64,000 nucleotides of DNA from a virus: positions 1-64,000 of IMG/VR virus record IMGVR_UViG_3300037225_001468. One strand, written 5' to 3'. Below, one piece after another: positions 39,630 to 49,185 of the stretch; positions within the stretch are counted from its first letter, which is position 1, and each line of letters starts with the position of its first letter. A program made the position numbers and the translations under genes. The notes beneath the pieces were generated by a model. The model was given only the letters and a program-made list of their open reading frames with translations, was not told where the DNA came from and did not search any database.

Positions 39630-39980
39630 TTGTTGAGATATATTAGGCAACAAGTTGTAACTACTACAATATCTAATGAAGAACTTACTTCAAAAGATAT
39701 TATTTTATCTCTATGTAAAAAAATACAAGAGTCAAGTGTAGATGTCTCTATAGAATATAGAGATAAAAAAACTGATAGTGTAAAATCATACGCTAAAGCA
39801 AGAGTCACATCTGTTAAAGACAATTCTCTTAGCATAAGAGCATTTTTTGGTAAGAGTAATATAACTATTGAAGATATTGATTTTGAAAGTATTATCACTT
39901 TGAAACTGGTGACAGCAAAACATAATATAGTGTCTGGTAACCAAGAAATGTCTAAGTTTGACTTTCTTGATATTGAGTAA
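39630..39980 (+). CDS. Hypothetical protein
   Basis: AGGAG SD before TTG; 116 aa. Confidence 0.7.
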   Translation: MLRYIRQQVVTTTISNEELTSKDIILSLCKKIQESSVDVSIEYRDKKTDSVKSYAKARVTSVKDNSLSIRAFFGKSNITIEDIDFESIITLKLVTAKHNIVSGNQEMSKFDFLDIE

Positions 39981-39987
39981 AAAATAT

Positions 39988-41400
39988 ATGAAGTTTAATA
40001 ATTGTGATTTTGTGCATACACATAGTCATACGGACTTCTCGCAATTTGACGGAATGTGTAATGTTAAAGAGTTTGCCCTAAAAGCAAGAGAGATGGGTTT
40101 TCCTGCTTTAGCGATTACTGATCATGGAAATATAGGTGGATGGATTAAGTTTATTAAAGAATGTTCTGCTACTAAAGATAAAAAAGATAATCCTATTCCT
40201 TTTAAGCCTATTAAACCCATTTTAGGCTGTGAATTTTATTTATGTCGTCATAGAGAGTATAAAAATAAAGAATTACAGCCAGATGGAAGAAAGGGTAATC
40301 GTCATTTAATTTTACACGCTAAGAACTGGAAGGGATATCAAAATCTTTGTTCATTATCTCAAGAGTCTTGGGTTGATGGATTTTATTCTAATCCAAGAAT
40401 AGATTTAGAGCTTCTTGAAAAATATCATGAAGGACTAATTTGTCAAACAGCATGTCTGTCAAGTATAGTTAATGCTAATCTTTTGGCTGGAAGATATGAT
40501 AAGGCAAAAAGAATATGTTCTATATTTAAGGATATGTTTAAGGAAGATCTGTTTTTAGAAGTTCAATATCATGGAATAGATTCTGAAAGAATAATAATTC
40601 CAGATATAATAAAACTTTCTAAAGAATTGAACCTATTAATGGTTTGCTCGAACGATTCTCACTATTTGGAAAAATCTCATGCCAAGTCTCATGAAGTATT
40701 ACTTTGTATGTCTTCGTCAAGATGCCTTAGTGATCCAAAGCATTTAAGTTTTCCGTATGATGAGTTTTATATGAAGAGTGCAGATGAAATGGGGAAAATG
40801 TTTGGAGATATTCCTCAATGTATTTATAACACTATTGCTTTGGCTGAGAGAATTAATTCTGATGATATAAATAAAAACCTATTTGGAGGCATGAGACTTC
40901 CCGATATTGATATCCCAAAAGAATTTGAAACAAATGTTAAATTTGAAGGGCAATACAATTATATTGTAAAATTAGCCCAAGACGGAATGAAAGCAAAAGG
41001 ATGGGATAAAAGTCAAAAACATATTGATCAATTAAATAAAGAACTAAATGATATTAGAGTTGCTTGGGAAAATAATGGTTATGACTTTGCTACTTATTTT
41101 CTTATAGAATATACTATTATCAATGAAGCAAAAAAGAGAGGGATATTAACGGGTCCGGGTCGTGGAAGTGGATTTGCTAGTGTTTTATTACACTGTTTGG
41201 GAATAGCTTATGGGTGCGATCCGATAAATTATGATTTAATTTGGGAAAGGTTCCTAGGTTTCGATCACAAAAAATTCATAAAAGAGTCTGACTTTGGATT
41301 TAAGGATGAGTCGTATGATATTGGTAATATACAAGATACTACAGAAGAAGAAAACGAAGAAATAAATCAGGTTCTTGAGGGAGATGAAGAAGAATTATGA
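39988..41400 (+). CDS. dnaE: DNA polymerase III alpha, N-terminal fragment (PHP domain + start of palm)
   Basis: HTHSHTDFSQFDG, ITDHG, GCEFY, SNDSHY, GPGRGS, DP..YDLIWERFL, then an acidic tail and a stop. Confidence 0.9.
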   Translation: MKFNNCDFVHTHSHTDFSQFDGMCNVKEFALKAREMGFPALAITDHGNIGGWIKFIKECSATKDKKDNPIPFKPIKPILGCEFYLCRHREYKNKELQPDGRKGNRHLILHAKNWKGYQNLCSLSQESWVDGFYSNPRIDLELLEKYHEGLICQTACLSSIVNANLLAGRYDKAKRICSIFKDMFKEDLFLEVQYHGIDSERIIIPDIIKLSKELNLLMVCSNDSHYLEKSHAKSHEVLLCMSSSRCLSDPKHLSFPYDEFYMKSADEMGKMFGDIPQCIYNTIALAERINSDDINKNLFGGMRLPDIDIPKEFETNVKFEGQYNYIVKLAQDGMKAKGWDKSQKHIDQLNKELNDIRVAWENNGYDFATYFLIEYTIINEAKKRGILTGPGRGSGFASVLLHCLGIAYGCDPINYDLIWERFLGFDHKKFIKESDFGFKDESYDIGNIQDTTEEENEEINQVLEGDEEEL

Positions 41401-41416
41401 AAACAGGAAATATTTA

Positions 41417-41995
41417 ATGGACAATAGTGGAACACAAACTGGAACGCCCTATGATATCAAAAAGAGTAGAATGATATATTTAAGTGGGGACGTAAACGAA
41501 GAACAGTCTAAATCTGTTATTAAGGATATTTTAGAACTTGAAGTTTCCAATCCTCAATCTGATATTGTTTTGTATATAGATTCTCCCGGGGGTTATGTAG
41601 ACAGTTTTATAGCCATGCACGATTTTATGAAATTGTGCAGATGTGATATAGCTACCGTGTGTATGGGTAGGGCGATGAGTTGCGGTATGCTTTTGTTGAT
41701 TAGCGGGACCAAAGGAAAAAGGTTTATAACTCCTAACTCAAGAGTTTTAGTTCATGCTATATCTTCATGGAGTGGTGGTAATGTTCACCAGTTAGATAAT
41801 GATATAAAAGAAACAAAAAGACTACAGGAACTATTAGAAGGACTGATAAAAAGATATACTAATATGTCTTCTAAAAAAATAAAAGAATTGATGTCTAAGG
41901 ATTCATATTTAGATGCTAATTCCGCATTGAATTTTGGAATTGTTGATCATATAATATACAAGTCTTCTGATCTGCATTCTCACATAAGGGTATAA
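41417..41995 (+). CDS. clpP: ATP-dependent Clp protease proteolytic subunit
   Basis: IYLSGDV, YIDSPGG, G.AMSCG (Ser), VLVH (His), KDSYLDA..AL.FGIVD (Asp). Start moved to ATG 41417. Confidence 0.92.
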   Translation: MDNSGTQTGTPYDIKKSRMIYLSGDVNEEQSKSVIKDILELEVSNPQSDIVLYIDSPGGYVDSFIAMHDFMKLCRCDIATVCMGRAMSCGMLLLISGTKGKRFITPNSRVLVHAISSWSGGNVHQLDNDIKETKRLQELLEGLIKRYTNMSSKKIKELMSKDSYLDANSALNFGIVDHIIYKSSDLHSHIRV

Positions 41996-41996
41996 T

Positions 41997-43976
41997 GTGG
42001 CAAAAAGTGATATAGAAATTAGAAACGAGTTATTATCTTTTGTAAAAATTAAGGATAGTAATGAGTTAAAAAAAATAGAACAGGAATTAGATATTCTGTC
42101 TATTACTGAAGGTTTGGATGAAAAAAGTAATCTTGAATCCTTTTACAATATTTGGGATAAAAGAAAAGGTCAAATTGGTAACGAAAATAAAATTAACAGT
42201 TGGCTTGCTTATCATTTAGGTTTAACGTTAGCTAAACCTAATGGGGAATTTTTGCCATTAAGAAGAGCTTTTGCTAGAGCAGGTTTTCCTGATATAGATA
42301 GTGATTTTGATTATTTTCATCGTCAAGAAATTTATGATTTTATTATAGAAAAATTTGGCAGAGAATATGTTGGTAATATTGGAACTTATAATGGATTAAA
42401 ATTAAAAGCCACTATTAGAAGATTAGGAAAAGCTTTAGATGTTGCTGGTTCTTTTTTTAAGGGATCTAAAGCTAATAAAACCGACAATGAAGAAAAGGTG
42501 ACAGAAATAGTAAAGTCATTACCTCCTCAAAGGGGAGCGGTTCTTAAAGTTAAAGATGAAGATGGTAATGATAGGGCTATAAAGACTGTTGAGGATGCCT
42601 ATAAATATTGTGGTGATTTTAGAAATTATATAGATAAATATCCTGGTATTAGAGAACACGCTAAGAAAATTGAGGGTTTAACATCTAATGTAGGATGTCA
42701 TGCTTCTGGGATTTTAATATCTAATGTCCCACTAAAACAGATAGCTCCATTAAAAAATATTAAAAAAGGATTAGTCACTCAGTTTCCTTATGAAGATTTA
42801 GAAAGCATCGGATTGATAAAATTTGATATTCTTGCCTTAAGCTCTTTGACTGTTATTCAAAAAACTATAGAAATGGTAAAACAAAATTATGGCATAACTA
42901 TTGATATTGCCAATTTGCCTCTTGATGATGAAAAAACATTTGAACTTTATAGAAGTGGAAATTTGGTTGGAGTGTTTCAGTGTGAAAACGGGGGAATGCA
43001 AAACACAATTCAAGAAATTGAGGCAAGCTGTTTTGATGATATTATGGCAGCGATTGCTTTGTATCGTCCTGGTCCAATGATATCTATTCCCGAGTATTGT
43101 GCAAGAAAGAAGGGGATAAATGAAGTAAATTATTTTCATCCATCAATAGAAAAATATGTAAAACCTTATTTAGAGAAAACATATGGTCTTATTGTATATC
43201 AAGAGCAAGTTATGCAGATATGTAATTCTCTTGCTGATTTTAGTATAACAGAAGGCTATGTTATGATTAAGGGTGTAGGTAAAAAGAAAGATTATTTAAT
43301 ACAAAAGTTTAAGAAGAGATTTTTAGAAGGAACAGCTAAGAAGGGTGTATTAAATTCTGTTTCTGAAGAATATTGGGATAAGTATATAACTCCATTTTCC
43401 AGCTACGGTTTTAATAAGTCACATTCCTGTTCTTACGGTTTATTGTCTTACTATAGTGCTTTTTTGAAGGCTAATTATACAGAAGAGTTTATGGTGTCAT
43501 TTTTGAATGTTGAAAATTATAGAAAAAAACACGACAAAATAGCAGTTTTAGAAAAAGACTTAAAGAGATTTGATATTTATCTTCATCCAAGAAACATTAA
43601 CACTTGTGGAGTTGATTACAAAATAATAAAGAAAAAAGATACTTTATCGGGTGTTGTTAGATCTGAGATAATGCCTTCTGTTATGTGTAAGGGTATGGGT
43701 CTAGATGCCGCTCAAGAGTTAGAAAAAAATGCTCCATATGAAGGATTAAGAGATATAGCTTTTAAGACTAATTCTAAATTATTTGATAATAGAGCCATGA
43801 CCTGTTTAATAGAAGCTGGATTTTTTGATAATGAGTTTAAGGAATATAAAAAAGCTAATAAGGGTGTAAAAAAAGAAGAATTTCAAGAAATAATTCTTAA
43901 AAAATTTACTTCACTAAGAGAAGATTCTAAGGCTTCTAAAAAATTAGGATTAGGAACTGAATCGCTTTTTGATTAA
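41997..43976 (+). CDS. dnaE: DNA polymerase III alpha, C-terminal fragment (catalytic palm, thumb, fingers, HhH)
   Basis: PDIDSDF, HASG, KFDILAL, GVFQ, ALYRPGP, TYG.IVYQEQ.M, YGFNKSH; GTG start. Confidence 0.92.
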   Translation: MAKSDIEIRNELLSFVKIKDSNELKKIEQELDILSITEGLDEKSNLESFYNIWDKRKGQIGNENKINSWLAYHLGLTLAKPNGEFLPLRRAFARAGFPDIDSDFDYFHRQEIYDFIIEKFGREYVGNIGTYNGLKLKATIRRLGKALDVAGSFFKGSKANKTDNEEKVTEIVKSLPPQRGAVLKVKDEDGNDRAIKTVEDAYKYCGDFRNYIDKYPGIREHAKKIEGLTSNVGCHASGILISNVPLKQIAPLKNIKKGLVTQFPYEDLESIGLIKFDILALSSLTVIQKTIEMVKQNYGITIDIANLPLDDEKTFELYRSGNLVGVFQCENGGMQNTIQEIEASCFDDIMAAIALYRPGPMISIPEYCARKKGINEVNYFHPSIEKYVKPYLEKTYGLIVYQEQVMQICNSLADFSITEGYVMIKGVGKKKDYLIQKFKKRFLEGTAKKGVLNSVSEEYWDKYITPFSSYGFNKSHSCSYGLLSYYSAFLKANYTEEFMVSFLNVENYRKKHDKIAVLEKDLKRFDIYLHPRNINTCGVDYKIIKKKDTLSGVVRSEIMPSVMCKGMGLDAAQELEKNAPYEGLRDIAFKTNSKLFDNRAMTCLIEAGFFDNEFKEYKKANKGVKKEEFQEIILKKFTSLREDSKASKKLGLGTESLFD

Positions 43977-43988
43977 AAGGAGAAATAA

Positions 43989-44294
43989 ATGGCAGATGAG
44001 ATTAAGAGTAGTATTTCTGAAAGAAATACTAAAGTGATTAAAGGGATAGAGAGAACATTAAATACTGGCAAGTATGAGAGTATTAGAATATCTGTTTCTT
44101 TTGAAGAAGAAATTGTTTGGACCACTCTTGATGAAAGACAAAAAAAAATAGATGCTATATCTAAGCATGTTATTAATGATTTTCAGAAGACTAAAAGTGA
44201 AGTTTGTCAGTCTTTAGGATTAGAAGAGAAAAAAGCTTTTGGAAACAACAAAGAAGATACTGTTGTAGATAATGGTATTTTTGATAAACTATAA
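43989..44294 (+). CDS. Hypothetical phage protein
   Basis: RTLNTGKYESIRI pattern; AAGGAG SD. Confidence 0.7.
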   Translation: MADEIKSSISERNTKVIKGIERTLNTGKYESIRISVSFEEEIVWTTLDERQKKIDAISKHVINDFQKTKSEVCQSLGLEEKKAFGNNKEDTVVDNGIFDKL

Positions 44295-44309
44295 AGAAAA
44301 GGAAATATT

Positions 44310-45503
44310 ATGCCAGAAATAGATGAAATAATGGACATATTTGGTATCCCCAAAAAAAGTAATGATCCTGGATCGGAAACTGAAGAGGCTACGGATAATG
44401 ATGAAGTGTATGATACTCTAGGAAAACAGGGAGATACTGTTCCATTTGAAGAAAAGGTTAAAGATGTTAAAGAAGTTATACAAAAAGCTGTAGCTGAACT
44501 TGGAATACCATCTTCAGTCAAGAAAGAAGATAAATCTGTTTCTAATGAAGAAACTATTAAGGTGTCAGTAGAAGAAGTAAAGTCAAAAAGCTGTGAGGAA
44601 GATATTCTTGATATATCTAATGAGATAATTAAAGAAGATATTAAAAAAGAAGAAGATAAAAGAATTGATGTCATGTTAAATAAACCGGCAATTCCTTTTA
44701 TGGTTTCTGAGACAAAAGAAGAATTACCAGCAGGTGTTGAAAACAAAAAAGAAACATATGTTATTGTAAATCTTCAGGATTGGAATTTAGAGTCTCCATC
44801 GCCTAAATATGATAAATTTTATGCGGAAAAAAAGAATATTCTTAAAACCATATTAAAGGGTGGAAAATTGCCTTTTGATGATTATGAGAAAGATCTAATT
44901 GACTGTAAGGTTGATGTCTCTATACCTATTTTTGATACTGCTGAAATACATAGAAAAATGCAAGAAGTTCAGGGGTGGAGAGACAGGATAAAAGAAATAC
45001 AGATGAATTGCTCTAAACAATATTTTAAGTGGGAAACGGCCTTACAGCTTCTTGAGGGCTTATTATCCAAAGTTGAATATACTAAACCATCGGCAGGCAG
45101 GGACGGTATTATTTATGAACATTTGGCTGATATGAAGTTTTATTTTGATGATTTAAAAAACATACACAGGTCTGCTGAAATAGTATCTAAACACATGGAT
45201 AATGCTTTTGATTGTCTGTCTAGACAAGCAACTATAGCTATGCCTAATAGGAACATAGAAAGATCTAATACCACTTGGGGAAATGTAAATAAAGATGAAG
45301 CGTTTTCTGAAAAAAAAGATATATTGACAAAAGAAATATTTCCCATAGCTAAAAAAGAAGAAGTAAATATACCAGAAAAACTAAAAGATTTTGATATTTT
45401 AGGAGAATTAGGAGATGGAGCAATTAAACCTGTAGTTAAAGAGAAAAAAATAGATTTAGATAATGGGGCAAAGCAAATATCTTGGGAATCCTTAATGAAA
45501 TAA
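44310..45503 (+). CDS. Hypothetical protein, acidic N-terminus and helical core
   Basis: 397 aa with SD; located in the recombination cluster. Confidence 0.7.
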   Translation: MPEIDEIMDIFGIPKKSNDPGSETEEATDNDEVYDTLGKQGDTVPFEEKVKDVKEVIQKAVAELGIPSSVKKEDKSVSNEETIKVSVEEVKSKSCEEDILDISNEIIKEDIKKEEDKRIDVMLNKPAIPFMVSETKEELPAGVENKKETYVIVNLQDWNLESPSPKYDKFYAEKKNILKTILKGGKLPFDDYEKDLIDCKVDVSIPIFDTAEIHRKMQEVQGWRDRIKEIQMNCSKQYFKWETALQLLEGLLSKVEYTKPSAGRDGIIYEHLADMKFYFDDLKNIHRSAEIVSKHMDNAFDCLSRQATIAMPNRNIERSNTTWGNVNKDEAFSEKKDILTKEIFPIAKKEEVNIPEKLKDFDILGELGDGAIKPVVKEKKIDLDNGAKQISWESLMK

Positions 45504-45515
45504 TGGAGGATAAGC

Positions 45516-46187
45516 ATGAATTTTTGGGACAATATAAGTAAAGGTATAGACAAGAATAAGCCGAGATACATGAAACTTGTTAGTGGCCATAAATATAAGA
45601 TTAGGCCATTAGGGATACCATATGAAATTAAAAAATATCTATTAAAGCATAATGAACAGTGGAGATCTGCTATATGTTTAGACGTAGAAACATGTCCAGT
45701 GGCTAATAAACATAACATTTTGCCCAAAGACAAATGTGTTATGAATGTTATTAATAGGGAAAGTGGTCAGATAGAAATACTTGAAAATTATCCAAATGTT
45801 TTTTACGAGATGGCTAATTTTTACAATAAAACAGGTAAAAATCCCGGAGGAACAGATGGAGCTCATTTTGAATTGTCTGTATCTGGGTCTGGTTCATCTA
45901 CAAAATATACTATGAAGTTTTTAGGGCCACACATCCTTTCAGAAGAAGATATAGCGTTAGTTAAGAAAAATGGACTGTATGATCTTAAAAAAATATATAG
46001 AGCTACTGATCCGAATAAAATAGAACAGGTTTTATTTGGAGAAAATGGATATAAAAATGATGAAAAAGAAGTTAATGTTATTACTGGAACAAATAAGCAT
46101 TTTAGTGATGAAGATGTCGATAATAGTATAAGTAAAGCATATCAAAAAGAGAAAGTCACAACGACATTACTTGATCTTGATTTTTAA
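45516..46187 (+). CDS. Putative gp32-like single-stranded DNA-binding protein
   Basis: KL..G...IRP.G, C...CP, NVINR, G.G..TKY, acidic-hydrophobic tail LDLDF; adjacent to recA. Confidence 0.6.
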   Translation: MNFWDNISKGIDKNKPRYMKLVSGHKYKIRPLGIPYEIKKYLLKHNEQWRSAICLDVETCPVANKHNILPKDKCVMNVINRESGQIEILENYPNVFYEMANFYNKTGKNPGGTDGAHFELSVSGSGSSTKYTMKFLGPHILSEEDIALVKKNGLYDLKKIYRATDPNKIEQVLFGENGYKNDEKEVNVITGTNKHFSDEDVDNSISKAYQKEKVTTTLLDLDF

Positions 46188-46205
46188 TATCAAAAAGGAG
46201 ATTTT

Positions 46206-47423
46206 ATGACAAAAGATAAGAAAAAAGAACCTAAAAAAGATATAGTTTTAGAGAACTTAAAGGGGTTTGTTCGTCTTGGAGCTTCTTCTGAGATATCGGG
46301 AAATGTTCCTACAGGGCATTTTGATTTAGACTTTGTTATTCATCATGGAACGTTGCCTTCTAATGTAGACCTGTCAACATTAAAAGATTATGATCCTTCT
46401 AAGTCTCTTGGTTTGCCATTAGGTAAATTGGTAGAGATATTTGGAGAGGAAGGTGGAGGAAAATCATCTCTTGCTTATAGGATAGTAGGATATGCTCAGA
46501 AAATGGGTTTTAAGTGTGCGTGGATTGATACAGAACATAGTTTTTCTGATAGTCTATCTTACATAAATGGTGCAAGAAAAGAAGATATTTATTATGCTAA
46601 CATGTCAAATTCTGAGAATGTTGATACCGTTTTTTTTGCGGAAGATGTTTTTGATGCTATTGTTAATTTAATAAAGAGTGAGGTTAAAGTTATAGTTCTG
46701 GATTCAGTTGCTAATCTTGTCCCTCAAGCTAGATTTGAAAAAGAAGCAGGACAAGCCACTGTAGGTATTGTTGCTAAATTGATGTCTGAAAACTTAGGAA
46801 AAATAGTTAATTATGCTGCTAAATATGGAGCATTGGTAATATTCATAAATCAGTTGAGAGAAAAGATTGGTGTATTTTTTGGATCTCCTGAAACTACTCC
46901 TGGTGGTCGAAGTTTGAAACATAATGCTTCCGTGAGATTACAGGTATCAAAAAAGAACAGTAAAGAAGCCGACATTTTCAGAGAAGATGAAGGTGGAAAA
47001 CAGGTTCTTATTGGGCGAAAGGCCAGGATTAATGTTAAAAAGAATAGATTTGCTAAGCCATTTTTTGAAGGAATAGAAGTTCCAATTTATTATGAACCAT
47101 ATTTTCCTGATATTGAAGAAATGATGTTTGATACAGGTAGGCAGTTAAAAATTATTAGTGTTTATAAGGGAGTGTTTAAGTGGGAAGGAGTGGAAGAAGA
47201 AGGACGTAAATCTTTTGTTAAAAAATTAAAAGAAGAAAAATTACAAAATAAATTATTTTTTGATTTACAAAAACAAGCTTTAGAAGATGGTTTGTTTTTA
47301 GCTCCAGAACTTTCTCAGTGGGCCGAAGAAAATTATAATCCAGAAGATATACAAGAGGCAGCAAAGCAGATAGATGAAGGAGTAAATAATGAGAAACCAA
47401 CAGATGAGGGACAAACTGAATGA
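46206..47423 (+). CDS. recA: RecA/UvsX recombinase
   Basis: GLPLGKLVEIFGEEGGGKS, IDTEH, LDSVA, FINQLREKIG.FFGSPETTPGG.SLK, VKKNR. Confidence 0.95.
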   Translation: MTKDKKKEPKKDIVLENLKGFVRLGASSEISGNVPTGHFDLDFVIHHGTLPSNVDLSTLKDYDPSKSLGLPLGKLVEIFGEEGGGKSSLAYRIVGYAQKMGFKCAWIDTEHSFSDSLSYINGARKEDIYYANMSNSENVDTVFFAEDVFDAIVNLIKSEVKVIVLDSVANLVPQARFEKEAGQATVGIVAKLMSENLGKIVNYAAKYGALVIFINQLREKIGVFFGSPETTPGGRSLKHNASVRLQVSKKNSKEADIFREDEGGKQVLIGRKARINVKKNRFAKPFFEGIEVPIYYEPYFPDIEEMMFDTGRQLKIISVYKGVFKWEGVEEEGRKSFVKKLKEEKLQNKLFFDLQKQALEDGLFLAPELSQWAEENYNPEDIQEAAKQIDEGVNNEKPTDEGQTE

Positions 47424-48168
47424 TGCTGAAAGGGTGAAAATAGTTGAAAATGCTAAATTAGAAATAAAAAATCATAAAGATGTTGTAGAATATCTGAAAT
47501 CTAATAAAAGACATTTTACTGATGAAGGTATAGATTTTATAGTAAAAGAGTTTTCTGTAGGATATATGCCAGAAGGCGTATATAATTTATATGGAGATTT
47601 TCACGAATTTTCTGGAAGAATAATTTTACCCATATATGATCAGTATAATGAATTGATCGCATTATCTTCAAGAGATTGGAGAGAAAATGCTTATATGAAG
47701 TTTTTTCATGAGAGTTTTCCTAAAACTCGTTATTTATATGGATTAAATGTAGCAAAAGAAAGTATCATAAAAAACAAAAGAGCTATTTTGGTAGAAGGTG
47801 AATTTGATGTTCAATATCTACATTATAGAGGAATTAAAGAAACAGCAGGCATTATGAGTAGTAATTTACATCTATATCAAATATCTTTATTGTGTAGGTA
47901 TTGTAAAGATATATATATAGTTTTTGATGGAGATAATTCTGGCAAAAAGTCTAAAGATAAAATTGTAAATAAAAGTATTTCTATGAAGATGTTTTCTATG
48001 TATGATATCAATATTATTCCTGTTATATTGCCAGACAAAATGGATCCTGATGATTTTGTTTTTAACAATGGAGTAAAAGAGTTTAATAATTTATTAGAAA
48101 AATCGAAGAAAGATTTTGACGAGGGTTCGGACGAAAGAATTAAAGAAGAAATATTATATAAGGTGTAA
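47389..48168 (+). CDS. dnaG: DnaG primase catalytic core (TOPRIM) without zinc finger
   Basis: EYL..R, VGYMP, GRIILPI, YLYGLN, LVEGEFDV, FDGD.SG, DPDD. Confidence 0.88.
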   Translation: MRNQQMRDKLNDAERVKIVENAKLEIKNHKDVVEYLKSNKRHFTDEGIDFIVKEFSVGYMPEGVYNLYGDFHEFSGRIILPIYDQYNELIALSSRDWRENAYMKFFHESFPKTRYLYGLNVAKESIIKNKRAILVEGEFDVQYLHYRGIKETAGIMSSNLHLYQISLLCRYCKDIYIVFDGDNSGKKSKDKIVNKSISMKMFSMYDINIIPVILPDKMDPDDFVFNNGVKEFNNLLEKSKKDFDEGSDERIKEEILYKV

Positions 48169-48171
48169 AAA

Positions 48172-49185
48172 ATGTCAAATGATTCTAGTATTTTTTTAGT
48201 GTCTCCTGAAATAAGTTCTGTAATGGGCGTTATGGATGCTCACTTGAAATGGAAAAGTGCGAACGGAAAACCCAGGGGATATGAGACATATCATCCTAGT
48301 GCGTTTGGGGCATGTTTAAGAAATATGCAGTATTTTAGATATGTAGAAAAGGGATATATTCAAATATCTGTTGAGGAGTTTGATAGTAAGACAATAAGGA
48401 TATTTGACACAGGTCATACCATGCACTCTCGTTGGGCTTCTTATTCTGAAGATATAGGGATATTAAGAGGATATTGGATATGCACAAATCCAATGTGCAG
48501 AATAATAGATGATGAAGGAAAATTAATAAAAAATATATCTAATGATATAATAAGTTCGCAAACAGAAAAGCCAAGAATGTATGGTAAAAAAGACCCATTA
48601 GGATGTTTTAAACCGGAAAAATGTATTTGTGGAAATAATGTTTTTGAATATAGAGAAATTGATGTTAGTAGTAAAGAGCTTAACTTTTACGGTCATGCTG
48701 ATATGGTTTGGGATTTTTCTAAGTTTAATCCTGAAAAATACAACGGATTTAAGAAGGGTTTTAATATGGAATTGCTTCCAAAAAATCCAGTTGTTGTTGA
48801 CATGAAAACGATAAATGATTATGGATATAAAAAAGTGTTACAATCAGGACCAGATCTAAAATATAAAATTCAACTAACTATATATGCCAATTTGTTACCT
48901 GTGGAATATGGACTACTTATTTATGAAAATAAAAATTCATCAGAGGTTGCTCCCTATAAGATAGACAAATCAACAGATAATATTTTTGCGCAAATAAAAA
49001 AACAAGCAATTTCTATGAATGAAATGGTTCCGTTAAAATTATTACCTCCTCCGAGGCCATTAGATCAAGATGATATTGAGTGTAGAAAATGTCCTTTTGC
49101 TCAAGTTTGTCATAAATCTAAGATTTGGTCTGATAAAGATTTAGTTCAAAAGAGAAAGAGCTTTTATGGCAATTTAATGAAATAA
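48172..49185 (+). CDS. Cas4-like PD-(D/E)XK exonuclease with Fe-S cysteines
   Basis: HPS...C.R, G..MH, GHAD, DMKT, QLTIY, CRKCPFAQVC. Confidence 0.8.
   Translation: MSNDSSIFLVSPEISSVMGVMDAHLKWKSANGKPRGYETYHPSAFGACLRNMQYFRYVEKGYIQISVEEFDSKTIRIFDTGHTMHSRWASYSEDIGILRGYWICTNPMCRIIDDEGKLIKNISNDIISSQTEKPRMYGKKDPLGCFKPEKCICGNNVFEYREIDVSSKELNFYGHADMVWDFSKFNPEKYNGFKKGFNMELLPKNPVVVDMKTINDYGYKKVLQSGPDLKYKIQLTIYANLLPVEYGLLIYENKNSSEVAPYKIDKSTDNIFAQIKKQAISMNEMVPLKLLPPPRPLDQDDIECRKCPFAQVCHKSKIWSDKDLVQKRKSFYGNLMK

Noticed and set aside
39532-39636. tRNA/ncRNA in the intergenic gap
   Set aside because: No cloverleaf or T-loop consensus; only a 27-codon GTG frame with no support.
41257-42290. Split intein or group I/II intron explaining the broken dnaE
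   Set aside because: No intein N-terminal Cys/Ser block after ERFL and no HN-C/S/T before the PDID region; the interval is almost fully coding (tail, clpP, leader), leaving no room for a ribozyme core.
48172-49185. CRISPR-Cas system suggested by the Cas4-like gene
   Set aside because: No other cas gene or array in the window; solo Cas4-like nucleases next to recA are common in phages.
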